A stretch of 63,858 bases of DNA, the filler included, from Pelomyxa schiedti (taxonomy: Eukaryota; Protista; Evosea), in NCBI GenBank assembly GCA_020536535.1. It is 3 parts of 3 records of this genome, joined end to end, with 100 filler letters (N's around TTAATTAATTAA, not from the genome) between each part and the next. Parts side by side here need not be neighbours in the genome. Positions count along the whole stretch, not along the records: positions 31,590 to 62,724 come from JAHLWZ010000521.1; positions 62,825 to 63,858 come from JAHLWZ010002964.1; 1 more part is not named here. One strand, written 5' to 3'. Each line of letters starts with the position of its first letter. The first letter of the stretch is position 1. The notes under the pieces are model-generated. The model was not told where the DNA came from. It saw only the letters and a program-made list of their open reading frames with translations, and did not search any database. This document shows, piece by piece, positions 51,113 to 63,858 of this stretch. A program made the translations under genes and the position numbers.

Positions 51113-54100
51113 ATGCGGCAACAGTTACGTACGAAGATCCAATGGCTGTGCGGGGGCTGTGGTAACCGTAGTGCCCTGGTGACCACATGTGTACTCAAGA
51201 GCACGACAATTTTGTCACTGTTGTTGCTCTGGTTGTGTATATGCAAAGCCGCTGCCGAGTCGGCTCAAATAACGACGCTTACGACGGCACCGTATGGTGC
51301 ACAAACTCACCAACAAACACGGGAAAACGACTGGGAGTTTGTGCCTACAACGGTTACAAACTTGGGGGGTACTGATGGTACGCGTGCTTTTTAGGCTTTT
51401 TTTTTCTTTTAATTGTGAGAAGGTTACGGTTTTAGCACAAGAGAACTTCTAGAGGTCAGTGATAAGGACAGAGACAGGGCAAAGAAGTACACGTGTTATT
51501 TTCTCCCGCGTGTCAGCTAACAAAAACATGTAGACTCATAGATGGAACAGGCAATTTGCCTCGATATATTTATTTTACGAACAGTATGCAACTAAAAAAA
51601 GTGGATTCTTGTTTTTGTTGCAACTGTTCTGTTGATGTAACGTTTGAAGACTGTGATTATTTAACATATGCTGAGGTAAGATTTGGAATGTATTTTTCAA
51701 TACTTAGAGATATTTTTTCTTTGGTTTAGTCTCTTTTGTTGAGCTCAGGAGTGATATTGGTCATTGCTCTGTTTATTCTTTTGTTTGTTGCAACTATCAC
51801 TTGGTGCTGCCGACCATTTTGTGGTGGCTGCCATCCTAGCAAAGGTACTTTCTTCCCTGAGTTTGGTAAATGCCCTGTATATCAATTCATTCCGCAAGGT
51901 ACCTGCTGCCCTGACAGATCTGCCTGGGATGCAAAATATGACGGTTATAAGAAAAAAAATCTGAGGTAATAATCTTGTTGACTGAAGAATCTTAACATTC
52001 CACACAGAATAGGGCAAGTTGTATTTATAGTGTTTCTTGCTTGTATTCTGTATGCTCTTTTCCCTTGCCAACACAGTCCTTATTATTTGCCAGACCATTT
52101 ACAGTGCTTGGTCTGGCAGGTACGATTTCTTTTTCAAGTGCCATCAACAATGTAGAAACAACGTTCACTGGTATCTATTTTTTCCCCAGAAAGCTCTTTT
52201 CTTATTCATTTAGGAACCGCACAAGACATCTTGAATAGTATGCTGACTGTTGATGCTCAGGTACATTCGCCATTGTGTTGGCAGTTGGTCTTATATGAAC
52301 AGTTTAAAGACCTGGAATCGAAGGGCATTTATTCCTTTTCTTCGGATGTCATACCGCAACTGGAGCAGGTTATAAATAAAACGACATATTATGTGGACAA
52401 ATTGTTTGATTACGACGCACAAGTTAATAAGTTCGATAACATAAGGTATTTTCGGAATTGTACCACAAATCGAAGTGTCAATTTTTCATTACACAATAGG
52501 AATGCCGTAATGTTTATCATTATTTTGCTTCCTTTCCTCTTCGGTGTTGCCGTTCTCGTCGGAATGTTTGTGATGAAGCCTTATTTAGTTGCACCGTAAG
52601 AATTAACACATAAAAACATTTATTAAGCAGCCACAGATTAGCCATTTCTGGTCTGGTATTCTCAGGGCTTGCTTTATTCGCCACAAGTCTACATTACCCC
52701 ATCTCATCAGGGGTTGGTGATTCTTGTACGGTAATTGACGAAATGCTTGCATCTGGGGCTGACAATGCCACTGGGTGGGCTACCTTTGTAACTGACTGTA
52801 ACCACTCCCGAGTGGCAGAAATATACAACGTATGCCACTTTTAAACGGATCATCCTCACTCCAAAAAGGAAACTCAAAATGGAATCAATGACGCATATTC
52901 AGTATGCCCCTGTACAATAGGAACCACGTAACTTTAGGCAGGATTTTTGTGGTGCCTATGATGATGCCTGCACTGCCCAAGTACCTTGTGACGTGAATGG
53001 TGATGGCATTTATACTCCTGGTATGCAGCCAAAAGTTTTCTTCTGTACTTCCAACTCATGTTTTTTTTTTTCCCTTTCTTTTTTCCAGCTGAAATGTGCA
53101 CGCCACTCAACTGTAGCTCATATCCTCCCAGTAGTTGTGCAACCCCCACCTCCGACGAAATCGACACTGTTTTAAACTTAGTGAGTAACAAGCCTGCTGA
53201 CCATCCATTATAACAAATAATATAGCCTGTGGTGGACATCACAGTAGGCTGTGTATATAATCCATCAGGGTTAATATTACCTACAGATTGCCCTTGGGAC
53301 GAATCTATACGAGGCATCACCCTCAAACTAGTGAAAGATAGATATCTAATGCTTATAGGGACATGCCCTGGTGTTCTCGTAGCTTGCGATTTTTACAATG
53401 ATCCTGTGATTTCTTTACAAAATTGCTCAACGGAGTGTGATTACCCGGATATGCAGACCGCAGCTACAAATATGACCAACGCCTTGGTTCAGCTGGATGT
53501 GTAATGCCTTGAAATTCCGCCTCTTTTAAACGCCAACTAAACAAAAAGGTTTATTCAAATTCTCCATGATGATATTGAACCTTTACTTAATTGTGAATTT
53601 TTGATGGGGTTGTTTTACTCGACAAAAGATGAAGTATGTGTCATGCTGAGGTTTTTGCCCCGTTTTCTTGACATTCCACTCAAAACAATCCCAACAGCAT
53701 TGCAATAATTTACATCATTATTTCCACTGCTGGAAGCTCAGTTTTCCTCTTCCCACTCAGCTACATGGCAATCGCCTCAATCAAGCGATACAATAAAAAG
53801 CATGTTCTTGGCTATGATGATGGTTCATCTTCATCCAGTGACAGTTCTTCAAGCTCAAGCTCGAGCGATAGTGACAGTGACAGTGATGACGAAAACTCAA
53901 AGAAACACAACAAACACCCCGATGGTGGTGCACTGGCTGTACCGATGGTCAAAATTGAGCACCCGGAAGAACCAAATGATGAAGAAGCTCCCCCTCCATT
54001 CTTCCCAGTTGTTGTACCAGCCGGAGACCCTGTTGCACCAACTGTAACTCTTGTACCGCCAAGCGCAGATACCGCTGCTCATGAAGGTAGCTCGGAAGTG

Positions 54101-54295
54101 AGCCTGCAAAATAATACTGCAGACCACCACTCCTCTGTATCGTCCTCATCCAGTTCCGAGAGCCATGAGTCTTCTGTAGCAGAAGTTCTTTGTACCGCCG
54201 ATGAGACTACCCCAGTTATGCACGACGAAAATAACGGAGGTATCTCATCTCTACTGTTTGGTTTCTTTTCACTGACCACTACGCCAGATAGTTGA
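51113..54295 (+). CDS. Multi-pass membrane protein with Cys-rich extracellular loops (prominin/tweety-like topology)
   Basis: Signal-like segment, TM followed by WCCRP, further TMs, Cys-rich exons (DSCT, FVTDC, NCEF), a last TM and an acidic Ser-rich tail. Many short introns. Confidence 0.6.
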
Positions 54296-55206
54296 ACATT
54301 ATGTAAATAATTTCCTTTCATTTCCCGAAAAAAAAAAAATAAAAAGAAAGGGTCTATTTTTAGCGCTAAAGGAAGTTTCGTAGTTACGGGCATAACAAGG
54401 ACTTGGTGGTGATAACAAAAAAAAAGCACAGCTGGACTATGAACTAAGCGGAAGTGCATGTTTTTCGGTGTCCTGTACCTTGTCGGCTCGAAACGAATCT
54501 TGTCAAATGTTAGCATAGTTAAAAGAGGTGGTGTGGGTAAAAAAAAAAAGCTGTACCTCGAGAATGACTCGCATTTGGGTTAGTTCGAGCTCGGTGGTCC
54601 GGCGGAGTACCGTCCAGTTGTGGGGAAAAGTTTTCCCAAGAATCCAGTACAAAATCAGCATACGAAGTGCTATTTGAGAAAAGGTTGCAGAATGGTAGAA
54701 TTTTTGAAGGATTGGTTGCACAGTTCAACTATGCAATGAAAGAGTCAACATGGCTTTTGGTCCACAGTGAAAAAGGTAGAAAATTAACCCAGGCTGCCAG
54801 GGTGCATGCATTTTGGAGATTTGCCTATATGTTAAACCAAATCGCTCTTGTGATAGCTAATTGCCAACTCAACTGGCGCAGGGGAAAGCCTCACCACACC
54901 AGCCATAGTGGCACTCATTTCCCAAGTGGGTACGGCCCAGATGCATACGCAGGAACCAGCCACAACGCCACCTCTTCGGGTGTTAACGGCCGTATGTACG
55001 CCACAAATTTGGCAGTTATGGGACATGGGGGGGGCAGTGGGCTGGTGGCTCCACTCACACTGCGTTCGTCGTGCGCCAGGCGGTGGTCTAAATCTGATAC
55101 AAATGAGGCAACTGTAAGACTCAAAGAGCGGTTTCCAAAGTAGAAAGAAACAAAAAGGGAAAGATCAAGGAAAAAATAAAACATAAAAAAAACCAAGTGT
55201 CGCGAG

Positions 55207-56028
55207 ATGGCGGCCGGGCGGCGAATAAACAAGGTACCGTGCGCTGTCGCACCTACGACACTAAAACACCTATTACGGAGATCTCGTGGCGTCTTTGCTT
55301 TTGGTATTTTTTTTAACACAATAAAAGGAGTTGGAGGAGTTTGCTACGAAACGGGAGCCGTGGGTTAAAGTGAAAAGTCTTGCAACAAACAGATTGGATA
55401 TCCAAGTCACTGGTCCTGTATGTTCTTTTTTGCACTTTATCTTCCGAATATTTTTTTTTAGTTTACTTCTTTATTTTTTCAAAACAAACCTTTTTTGCTG
55501 TTTGTAATCTTGGTTCGCTTATTCAAGCATGTAGGAGGGCACACCGTATGCTGGCGGTTATTTTGTTATTGACTTCGAAATTCCGGCTGAATACCCTTTC
55601 AAGCCACCAAAGGTATCACCATGCAGGGCTCTGCTCCTTTTGCCTCCGTTTTTGATTCCCTTTAGATCAAGTTCAAGACTCCCATCTACCACCCCATGGT
55701 GAAAGCCGATGGACAGATTTGCACTCACGATATTGATACGAATTGGAGCCCACAACTCAAAATCGTTGATGGTTAATGCCCTTCCTTCGTAATTCGTAGA
55801 TATCAGACAATTTCACGTGATACTATAAATGCATCATACCAATTCATACAGACGAATTAACTTCTGCTAGTTCTCAACATTTTGAGACAAATGATGGTTG
55901 AACCTGGCAGTGGTGAGACCCCTCTAGAACCGGCTATTGCTGAACAGTTCCGCACAAACAAACCAGCATTTGAGCGCAAAGCGGCTGAATTCACAAGGCA
56001 ACACGCAGCAACACCCAAGATTCTCTAA
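55207..56028 (+). CDS. Ubiquitin-conjugating enzyme E2
   Basis: [75 protein letters not shown]. Confidence 0.93.
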
Positions 56029-56108
56029 TAGTCTATTCCCGCCATATCTTCGTGTTTTTTAAAAAAGAAACTCTCGTATTTTGGCTTCATTTTTCTTTTT
56101 TTGGGGGT

Positions 56109-58591
56109 TTAGTGCCCAGAAAGCAGTGGAATTACTGTATCGGGGCCTCCCAATAAAATGGACTCGGTTGATTCATCAACTGGCCTCATTTTCTTTGCAA
56201 AATCATGAGAGCAGGGCCATGTGGGCATCCTTGCTGGGTCCATTGGCAGGGGATCCTCTGTGAAATACCTTTTGGGTGTGGTAAATGGAATGATTTGTAC
56301 TAAGATGGAAGGAGTAACCTGTGCCTAAGGGCTTCTGCAGCGGAAAGTCTCTTGGCGGGATCGTAAGCCAATAATCGGGTCAGCAAATCGTGGCAGGCAT
56401 CAGTCATAAACTGGACCTTTTTCCTCAGCGGGCTGATTTCTTGTTGATGTGCGCGAAGGTGTGAGGGCTGGGGAGCCATTCGCTTGGCATTTGGAAGAGA
56501 AGACCACCCTGGCCAAATTTTCTCTGTTGGTGGGCCAAGAAGTTTATACATCTAAGGTCATGAGAAAGCAAGAATTTTTATTTTGATAAAACAGACCTGG
56601 TACATCTGATCAACTTCACTGGTTCCTCTTAACAAAATTGCATTTGTAAGGAACTCCCCAAAAATACAACCAACCTGTTTGTAAACAATGAAAAAACTTA
56701 AAAAATCCTAAAGGTCAAGAGGGAAAACTTACGGACCACATATCTACAGCAGTGGAGTATATGTCAGAACCAAGAAGTACTTCTGGCGCTCTGAAGTGGT
56801 GTCAATGATTACATAACTGAGGAGTTGCGCACCTGTACCAGAGAGTTACTACCGTTTGTGTCATTGGTTTCAGGGGGCTGCCGTACTCTCGGGCCATACC
56901 AAAGTCCTTGTAAATATTAGCTAGAATGTATGAGGCTACGAAGTGGCACACAGCAAGTTTCATATGCCCTTTATTGTCATACAGAAGGTTGGTACTCTTA
57001 ATATCTCTATGAACTACCCAGTTGCTGTGCAAGTGATCCACTGCTGTAAGCAGTTGACGCAGAAGGGTCTTAGTTTCAGCAGACAGAAATGGTTGCTTCA
57101 TTGAATCCATCTAATAAAAAGAATTCAGAGAGTTTGGGGAGGAAGGTACTCAAACCAAACTTCTTAGGTTGTGGTCAAGATATTCCATAACGATATACAC
57201 ACAACTGTTGTTCGTGCCAACTACAATTTCTTTGACATCCACTATGTACGGATGCTTATACCTTCGTATCAGTGAGGAAAACTCCTTACTTTCAGTAACC
57301 TTACAAAGTTTGAATTCTGATTTCCCGCAGGGCAGTCATTGGGAACCCTGTTCATGCATATGTAAGTGAAAAGGGAAACGACTTGAAGAAGGGTTACCTT
57401 CCTTTTCTTGGTCCATTTTTATCTTCTTCAGGGCAACGACCTCTTGCGTTACCTTATCTTGAGCCATATCTAACTAGTTTTACTTGCTTTCACCATGTAA
57501 AGTAGTCAGTACACACAAACAACGCCATATGTGCCCTCAGAGATATTGTGCAATCTTTGAAAGGAATCAACCGTTCTACTTCTCCAAATGCCAGCTGCCC
57601 GAGAAGAAGCAAGTGTTGGGGTTTGTGTGCGATTTGGTATCACGGGACTGCTTGATGGAATAACAGTTGAGCTATGAATGATACTCTGTCCCAAAGAAGG
57701 GTTTGAAGTGCTACGAGCCACCGTAGGTCGTAATACCTCCCCTGCAAAGAACCAATACTTTAGACATTTTTGCAATTTGTTAATCAAAAAGTAATAAAGA
57801 AACCAAACCCAACCCACCCCAACCAAATCAAATCAAACGCCAACCAAAACAAATCAAACGCCTCCCCTATTTATAAGTTGTGGGTTTCCTTCCTTCCTTC
57901 CTTCCTTCTTTGGTGTTGTGATCCATACATGCATAGATACATACATACCAGTTGTTGTGGTGGTGGTCGATGTCACGGCGCTGACAGAGTGCCTCAGTCT
58001 CTTGGAATCCAGAACGGCCCTCGTCGCCACGACTCTGGTTCTCACAAGCTCCGCCACTTTGGCGTCGATTTTGCTTGCGCTGCGCCCGGTGCCCCTCGCG
58101 GCGGCTTCTTTTTTCTTGACGAATGCCGAAGCCGGCGGGGTGTCGCCGCCCTCGTCGTGGCTGCTGGCCCCCGCCGCCGCCGCCGCCTCGTCTTCCCCCT
58201 CGTCGGCGAAGGACGACGAGCCGACGCCGCCGTCGTCGGTGGTGGTGGTGGTGGTTGTGGTGGCGGCGGCGGCGCTGGGGGAGCACTCGCCTTTTGGCAT
58301 TGTGGGAGTGCAGTCGCCTCGGTGGGGGTAGTTTGGGGTCAGGGCGCCGGTGTCGCCCAGCGGCGTCGCGTCCAGTGGCGCGGCGGCTGGGCTGGGCCTC
58401 CTGTGCTGAGGCGGGGTGGCGGCGTCGACTCGGATTCTCTTCTCGGTGGCTGCTCCTGTCCCAGAGGCGCTTGGCCTCGCGTCGTTCCCCGGCGGCCTCA
58501 CGAAGCTCCTCTTCTGGGGCAACACCAAGTTGGTTATCTCGCCCTCCTCCAGGTCATCCGAGCCAGTGCGACTGTTAGTACGAGGCCTCAT
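56109..58591 (-). CDS. CDK11: CDK11/CDK10 (PITSLRE-class) cyclin-dependent kinase
   Basis: [83 protein letters not shown] and PTEKIWPG. Confidence 0.9.
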
Positions 58592-58743
58592 CACCCAACA
58601 GAAAATTTCTTTTTTATTATTCTCAGATAATCTGATTGCAGATGAGACAAAACTCAGAATAATAATAACATGGCTCTACACCGGACATTTCGCCAGGCGA
58701 TGTGGTACCTTGTGATTCTCAATAACTCGAGTGGAACGTAAGT

Positions 58744-58804
58744 GGCTGAATAAAATAATCAACAGACCGGAACGCTGTCATTTTCCTGTTTTTTTTATTT
58801 CGCC
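58744..58804. mobile_element. 61-bp internally deleted MITE, copy 3
   Basis: The first 35 nt are identical to copy 2; ends TTTTATTTCGCC. TSD AAGT at 58740-58743 and 58805-58808. Confidence 0.85.
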
Positions 58805-58949
58805 AAGTGTGTCCCACCTTGTGTGGCGCCACATCGTGCATCAGGTGGATAATACGCGGGGGAAAAAAACTAACTTAACCATTCAATCTAAGACGAGGCG
58901 ATGAGGAAGGGAAACACAAGCGGATGACCGACGTGCACTGCCAAGCGGA

Positions 58950-59756
58950 GCACAAGGCCCCCCATGGTTGGATCTGTCCGCATCACCCTGGTAGAGGCCC
59001 CACTCCAGGAGTTTGTGTGAAGAGCTGCAGAACGTTTTGTTTTAGCACATCATTTGAGTGTAATTCCTGCTGGGATGGGGCCCTAAAGATGCACCCGCCA
59101 GACCAGTGTCCGCAATAATGGGAAAAGTCTAAAAATAGATTTCAAAAATTTTCACGGTTATTGCCGTATCCATTTCTTGGAGCGTGTCTCTGCTTGCCAA
59201 AGTATTTCAGAGGTCTGTAGCAGCCATAACAGATTTGTGCTCGTTTTCCAACTCCTCAATTCCCAGTGAGAATAGTAGCGCATCACTGATGCTGTGAATG
59301 GAGGTATCCTTGATGTACTCTTCTCTAAACTCTTCGGTTCTTTACATTCTGGACTAAATTGAGCTTGATGAATCACTCGCTGCCAGTAACCAGCCACATT
59401 CTCGTCTTCACCTTGCCTCATTCTCATCTAAGTGTGCGTTTCCATCTGAGCCGTGGGAATAGGAAACCATTTGTAGATCTCCTCCTTGAGGCTCGCAAAC
59501 GTCGTGGATATTGGATGTCCATCACGGGAAAGTATCATAAGAGAGGTGCCTCGCAGCGCCAACAACGCCTTAAGTAATGCCTTTCACTCCAACCACATTC
59601 CTCTTGCGAGATCTCAATCCTAACACTGTACGTAGAAACATCACTGTCAAGATCCCACTCGCGCTGATTCCAAACTGTTACCTCTTGTTTCGCTGTTCCA
59701 GGCATGGAAACACAAAGAGCCGTTGCTGCAGATCTTGACTGAGGCCTGACATACAA
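58950..59756 (-). mobile_element. Degenerate LTR-retrotransposon gag-protease remnant
   Basis: RMRQGEDENVAGYWQR (gag QxxxExVxxY-like) followed downstream by FPIIADTG (aspartic protease DTG at 59102-59110). Stops and frameshifts; no LTRs found. Confidence 0.5.
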
Positions 59757-60027
59757 AAGAAAGAAAAGATTTAAAACAAACTGTATTGTATTTTATGCGT
59801 AATCCAAAGAAAAAAAAACAGGCTTGGGTTTGGGAGTTTTTCGACGCGATGGGTGCCAGGGGAACGATGTCAATCCCAAATAATCAGAGTTCTCCGTTAG
59901 ACGAAAAACTGAGGAGGGTTTTTTACTGTATAGAGTAAGTTCACTCTACTTGGTGCCTGTGGCTAACAAGACAAATGATATAGTACATAACACATTTTTT
60001 AGTATTTACCGAGTGATGCACATAATG

Positions 60028-60445
60028 CTATGAATGGTGCGTGGTGGCCACACAGCCTTCTAGGTATGCAACTTGCCGTTCAAGGTATGCTATTTTCTCA
60101 TTCACTCTTGCAAGCTTGTATCTCATAGACAAGTCTGCGTAGAGTGCAACATAATCAGTACACGGTGGATTTTCGTATATAAAGTGAGCGGAGTGTGTTG
60201 TGCAATACAAATAAATACGGGAGTTGGATTGGGTGTTGGACTGTTATAGTTACAATTTTAATTTGAGTAGAATATCCGCTGATTGTTAGCACGTTAAATA
60301 CATGATGGATTCAAGAAAAAAAAAGTGAAATACCGAATTTATTCAGGAACTCAGTAAGTTTCTTCATGTTGGTCATTGTGACTTCGAGAAATTCACGCGT
60401 CTCCCAGTCCACTTGGACTGCCTTTGCTACTTGATCCACGTTCAT
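60028..60445 (-). CDS. BRK1: BRICK1/HSPC300, SCAR/WAVE complex subunit
   Basis: Two exons: MNVDQVAKAVQVDWETREFLEVTMTNMKKLTEFLNKF + DLSMRYKLARVNEKIAYLERQVAYLEG. Confidence 0.93.
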
Positions 60446-60799
60446 TTTTGTTTTTGTTTCCGGCGCGACAAGGAATCCCCCGTAGTTTCTTCTTGGTTTG
60501 TGCAAGTCAGGTTTTATGTACGAGCGCTAGTGGTTACGTAACTATGACTTATGGGCCTCGGTTGTGTTATTTGTTTGTTCGTCGGTGGTCGGGGGTGTCG
60601 CCTGCCCTATCGTCAACCGCGTTTTTTTTTTTTCTTTTGTTTGTGTTTTTTCGCGATTAGCTGAACCAAACTTTCGGTGATGCTGCTTGTATACAACCAA
60701 CGGTTGGCGTCTTCAATTAAACACCGTATGCTCGTACACGAAGCACGAAGGAGGAAAAAGAAAAACATCTGAGAAACATCACATGAAACCACGGACAGA

Positions 60800-62724
60800 C
60801 AACAACCTGGAGGACACTTGAGTGTGACAACCGTGTGAGTCAGTTACCCTCAGTGCACCAAGTTCCCCATCAGGCAGCTCAACAGGGATGAGCCCAGCAG
60901 TCACACTACGGCAGGATTTTTTCCCATCAAAAAGGTGCTTAGTGCAGAATCCTCCTCAAGCCTGAACACACCACTGTGTTCCCGACCAATTTATTGCCAC
61001 AGCCGGGGTTCTGTCTCCATCCTAAGGTTTACTCCACTTTGCGGTGCCCACCACAACAAGAGTCTTGGTACGCATATGTCCTCTCCAAGTCAATCACCAC
61101 GGTAGTTGCTTCGCGACTGTCACCATCCCAGGACACCAACGCTTCCATGCGACACTGTACTTCTCTCCCACTGCCGTTCCTATCCCGCAGATTGCGCACA
61201 CCCACCCACATTGGCTCCCACATAGCACACCACTTCCCATTCCATGCCGCCGTGTCCTGGTACTCTTGGCAAGATACCAAACCCCGAATAGAGTCCACCA
61301 CTCCAAGCTTCGTTCTAAGGTCGTCAACCCCACAATGGCCACGGGGAGACGCCAGCGCCAGCGCGAGCAGTTGCTCCCGAGGATATTTTCAGATGCCAAC
61401 CAAAATAACAAGCCGATAAAGAGGGGTGGATCAAATCACAGTGATGTACAATACTGGAACTTTCTGGATTTGATTATTTGTTCCCAAAATTGGCCCAGTG
61501 CACCCCAGTTTCATGGTTGTTTGTGGATCAAAGCTGGGTCAATGAGGCACAAATAGGAAATTATCAACAACCTAACGAAACGTCAGTCAATGGCAGTGAT
61601 TGGGAGTTCAAAAGCAAACCAGTTCGGTATCACTGGCAAGAACCTGCCCTGTGGATAGCGTGATGCTCCCAAGTGGCTCATACTGGTTGGTCTGAAGGAG
61701 TATCGAATCATCCTTGAGAGTTGCCATAATGGCGTTCCGGTCAAGGATTGGGTTGCGTTTCTTGTTGTAATTACTGAGGAAAGCCCTTTCCGGGCTTCTT
61801 CACTTGATGGTTGCTTTTGATTGGGTAGCGGTCATCTGCAGATGCATTGGATTCCCCGGTTGTCACTCGGGGGCTGGTGTCTTTGATAATTGAAGCAGCT
61901 TCGATGTGGAGCATGGCCGAGTGTGCAGCAGGTTCCATTCTGGATGTGTGTCGGGGATTTCGACTCTATTGGTGTCTTCCCATTTTTGCATGGCCTGGCC
62001 AGGCTGTCTGTACTGACGTGATTGATCTTTCGAATGATGGGTGTTTGCTGAGTGGGATATTGAAATCCCCAATCAGTATGGTTTCTGAGGCACTGACCCA
62101 AGTGTATTTAGTGCTAGCGGCGTCCCAGAAGTCTCCCGCTTCCAGGTGTCCTACGAATGGCGCATGCACTCCAAGTATATCCACGATGATGTTTCGTACT
62201 TACATCAAACGTTGAGGCTGGGTGAGTGTAGGTGCTGTTGCTAACCCTCCCAACCGCCGCGGTCCACAGGTGGAAGAGAGGATGGATTGAAAACACAGCA
62301 AGTTCAACATCAACTCCTGATTTCGCCAGCCGTTGTCTTCCACAACAAACCAACCAATACCGAGAGGAAGTGGCTGAACTGCAACTCGGGGGGGAAAAAA
62401 TTATGTTTTTTTCATCTGTGGACAATTGATGGGAGGAAGACACAGTCAGGGTCTCTCCGAGACTACTTGGGCCGACCACACCAAACCCCCCTCCAATCTC
62501 CGGAAAAACTAGCGATTCTGTTGAACTGCACTTCATTGCGTCGAAACTGGTGCACAGTGGTCAAAGCGCCTGGTGGCACCAGGCTCCAACAATGTTCAAT
62601 TCTGAACATGGAGTCTCCTGTCAACACTTCACAGCTTGTTGGGTTCAATTGATTTGGTTTGTGAGCAATGGTGTTTGCGCATTAAGAAGTACAACTGGAA
62701 GAGTTGTTGTAGTTGCGTTATCCC
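60800..62724 (-). mobile_element. Degenerate non-LTR (LINE) retrotransposon ORF2: APE endonuclease and RT remnants
   Basis: APE-like RIASF..RG, DPDCVFL, ILGVHAP and ILIGDFN; RT-like YRLVIL and VVIDLERTY. Many stops and no introns seen. Confidence 0.55.
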
Positions 62725-62768
62725 NNNNNNNNNNNNNNNNNNNNNNNNNNNNNNNNNNNNNNNNNNNN

Positions 62769-62780
62769 TTAATTAATTAA
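62769..62780. other. Artificial contig linker TTAATTAATTAA within an N gap
   Basis: Same spacer as at 31534. Confidence 0.95.
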
Positions 62781-62824
62781 NNNNNNNNNNNNNNNNNNNN
62801 NNNNNNNNNNNNNNNNNNNNNNNN

Positions 62825-63500
62825 AGGCCAAAAAGCAGCACATCACATCGACGTACGTGAACCCGTGAATGGCAAAGTGAGATTCAACGTCGGACTCAGT
62901 GGCACGACGTGGAACCATGAACACAGGCCTGGCATTTGGCTCCCTTCTGGGCGAAGGGAAAGGTGTCGGTTCATCAGCATTGATGATGTCCCTTCCAAAT
63001 AACGGCGCAAAGGGCACCAACCAGGTTTATCCAATTGCCGTCCAATTCGAGCCCTGTCTCCAAGCGGCCGCATCGGCGGCAGCTTTGGTTTCGAACGAAA
63101 AAACGACCCTCGGTGCCGTGTCACGTAAGATCTGATAGAACGAAACAAATTAGCCAATCACAATTCCCAACCGACACACCACCAAGACCCAGAGGCGCAG
63201 CGAGCGCGAGGCGAGGAGGGAGGGAGGGAGCGGGGGCGGGGACGTTTACGCACACGGTGGGATACAGGGCGGCCCACAAGTCCTCAGGCTCGGCGTCGGG
63301 GGTTCGGGCAGCCCGAACCCACACAGAGTGAACAGAGGCAGGACCACGCGGCGAGGCTCGTCCTGGTCGCGTGCACGCGGGGCAGGCCTTGGGCGGGCGC
63401 GGGGGCGCGGCTGGGGCCGGGGACGGGGACGGGGACGGGGAGCCGAGACCGCGGTGCGGCCGCCGCTGCTGCTCGTCGTTGTTTTGTTCTCGCTGTCTAT
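62825..63500 (-). CDS. Partial hypothetical ORF (possible LINE ORF1 or host gene 5' part)
   Basis: GC-rich open frames including VFMVPRRATESDVESHFAIHG (RRM-like). Separated from the LINE remnant by an artificial linker. Confidence 0.3.
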
Positions 63501-63858
63501 GTGCATTCTCGTGTGATTGCGTGGGGTGCTTGGTGCTTGTCGTCGTGTAGTTTTCTAAATTAAACCCCTTTGTTATTTTGTTTTCAAGATTAGGTTCTGA
63601 GAGACCCCTGAGGAAACAAGCGCAGAGATCCCTTCGAGAGAAAACACACAGTAAGTGGCACAATTGACTTGTGGTGCAGTCTTTCCGAAATCTAGACCTG
63701 CCAATTGGAGATCAGAATTTTCTGTTGTGACTTAACAAAAAAAAAAAAAAACAAAAAAGAAAACCCCAGCACGTAGGTGCCGCGCACCGGCCGCCATATA
63801 CACGGTGTAATAGTCACACCATTACGAAAACACAGTCGACACAACACGTACTTCCTCC

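Noticed and set aside
54500-55143. 158-aa plus-strand ORF and overlapping minus-strand frames
   Set aside because: No recognisable motifs or consistent splice model.

Overview
Gene-dense eukaryotic DNA using the standard code, with many short (~38-60 nt) GT-AG introns. Gene content (ADP-forming acetyl-CoA synthetase, bacterial-type hydrolases and ligases, BRK1, a ciliary Jouberin-like protein, a tyrosine-kinase-like kinase) suggests an anaerobic flagellated amoebozoan such as an Archamoeba/Pelomyxa-like organism; this is inference only. The window is a draft scaffold with 100-N gaps and two artificial TTAATTAATTAA linkers. About 25 genes were recognised by manual splicing: annexin, an ACD-GNAT fusion, a YgjK-like GH63, a PINK1-like kinase with polyQ, a MAPK phosphatase, CARNMT1, RPS15A, PDAP1, a DENN protein, a RhoGAP-AHI1 fusion, a TK-like kinase, a Crinkler-type NTPase-nuclease, IER3IP1, Rab1, a Josephin DUB, an ATP-grasp protein, a small membrane protein, a multi-TM protein, an E2, CDK11 and BRK1. 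Main signals: (1) a family of short TIR transposons with 4-bp AHTT target-site duplications, present as three complete miniature copies plus a longer copy captured next to its own empty site; (2) a TA-flanked TIR element inside an intron; (3) an apparently intact Crinkler-like NTPase + PD-(D/E)XK nuclease and a decayed Crinkler-like kinase; (4) an intron-rich bacterial-type ACD-GNAT retaining both catalytic histidines; (5) a RhoGAP-Jouberin fusion. All homology calls come from recalled motifs; no searches were run.
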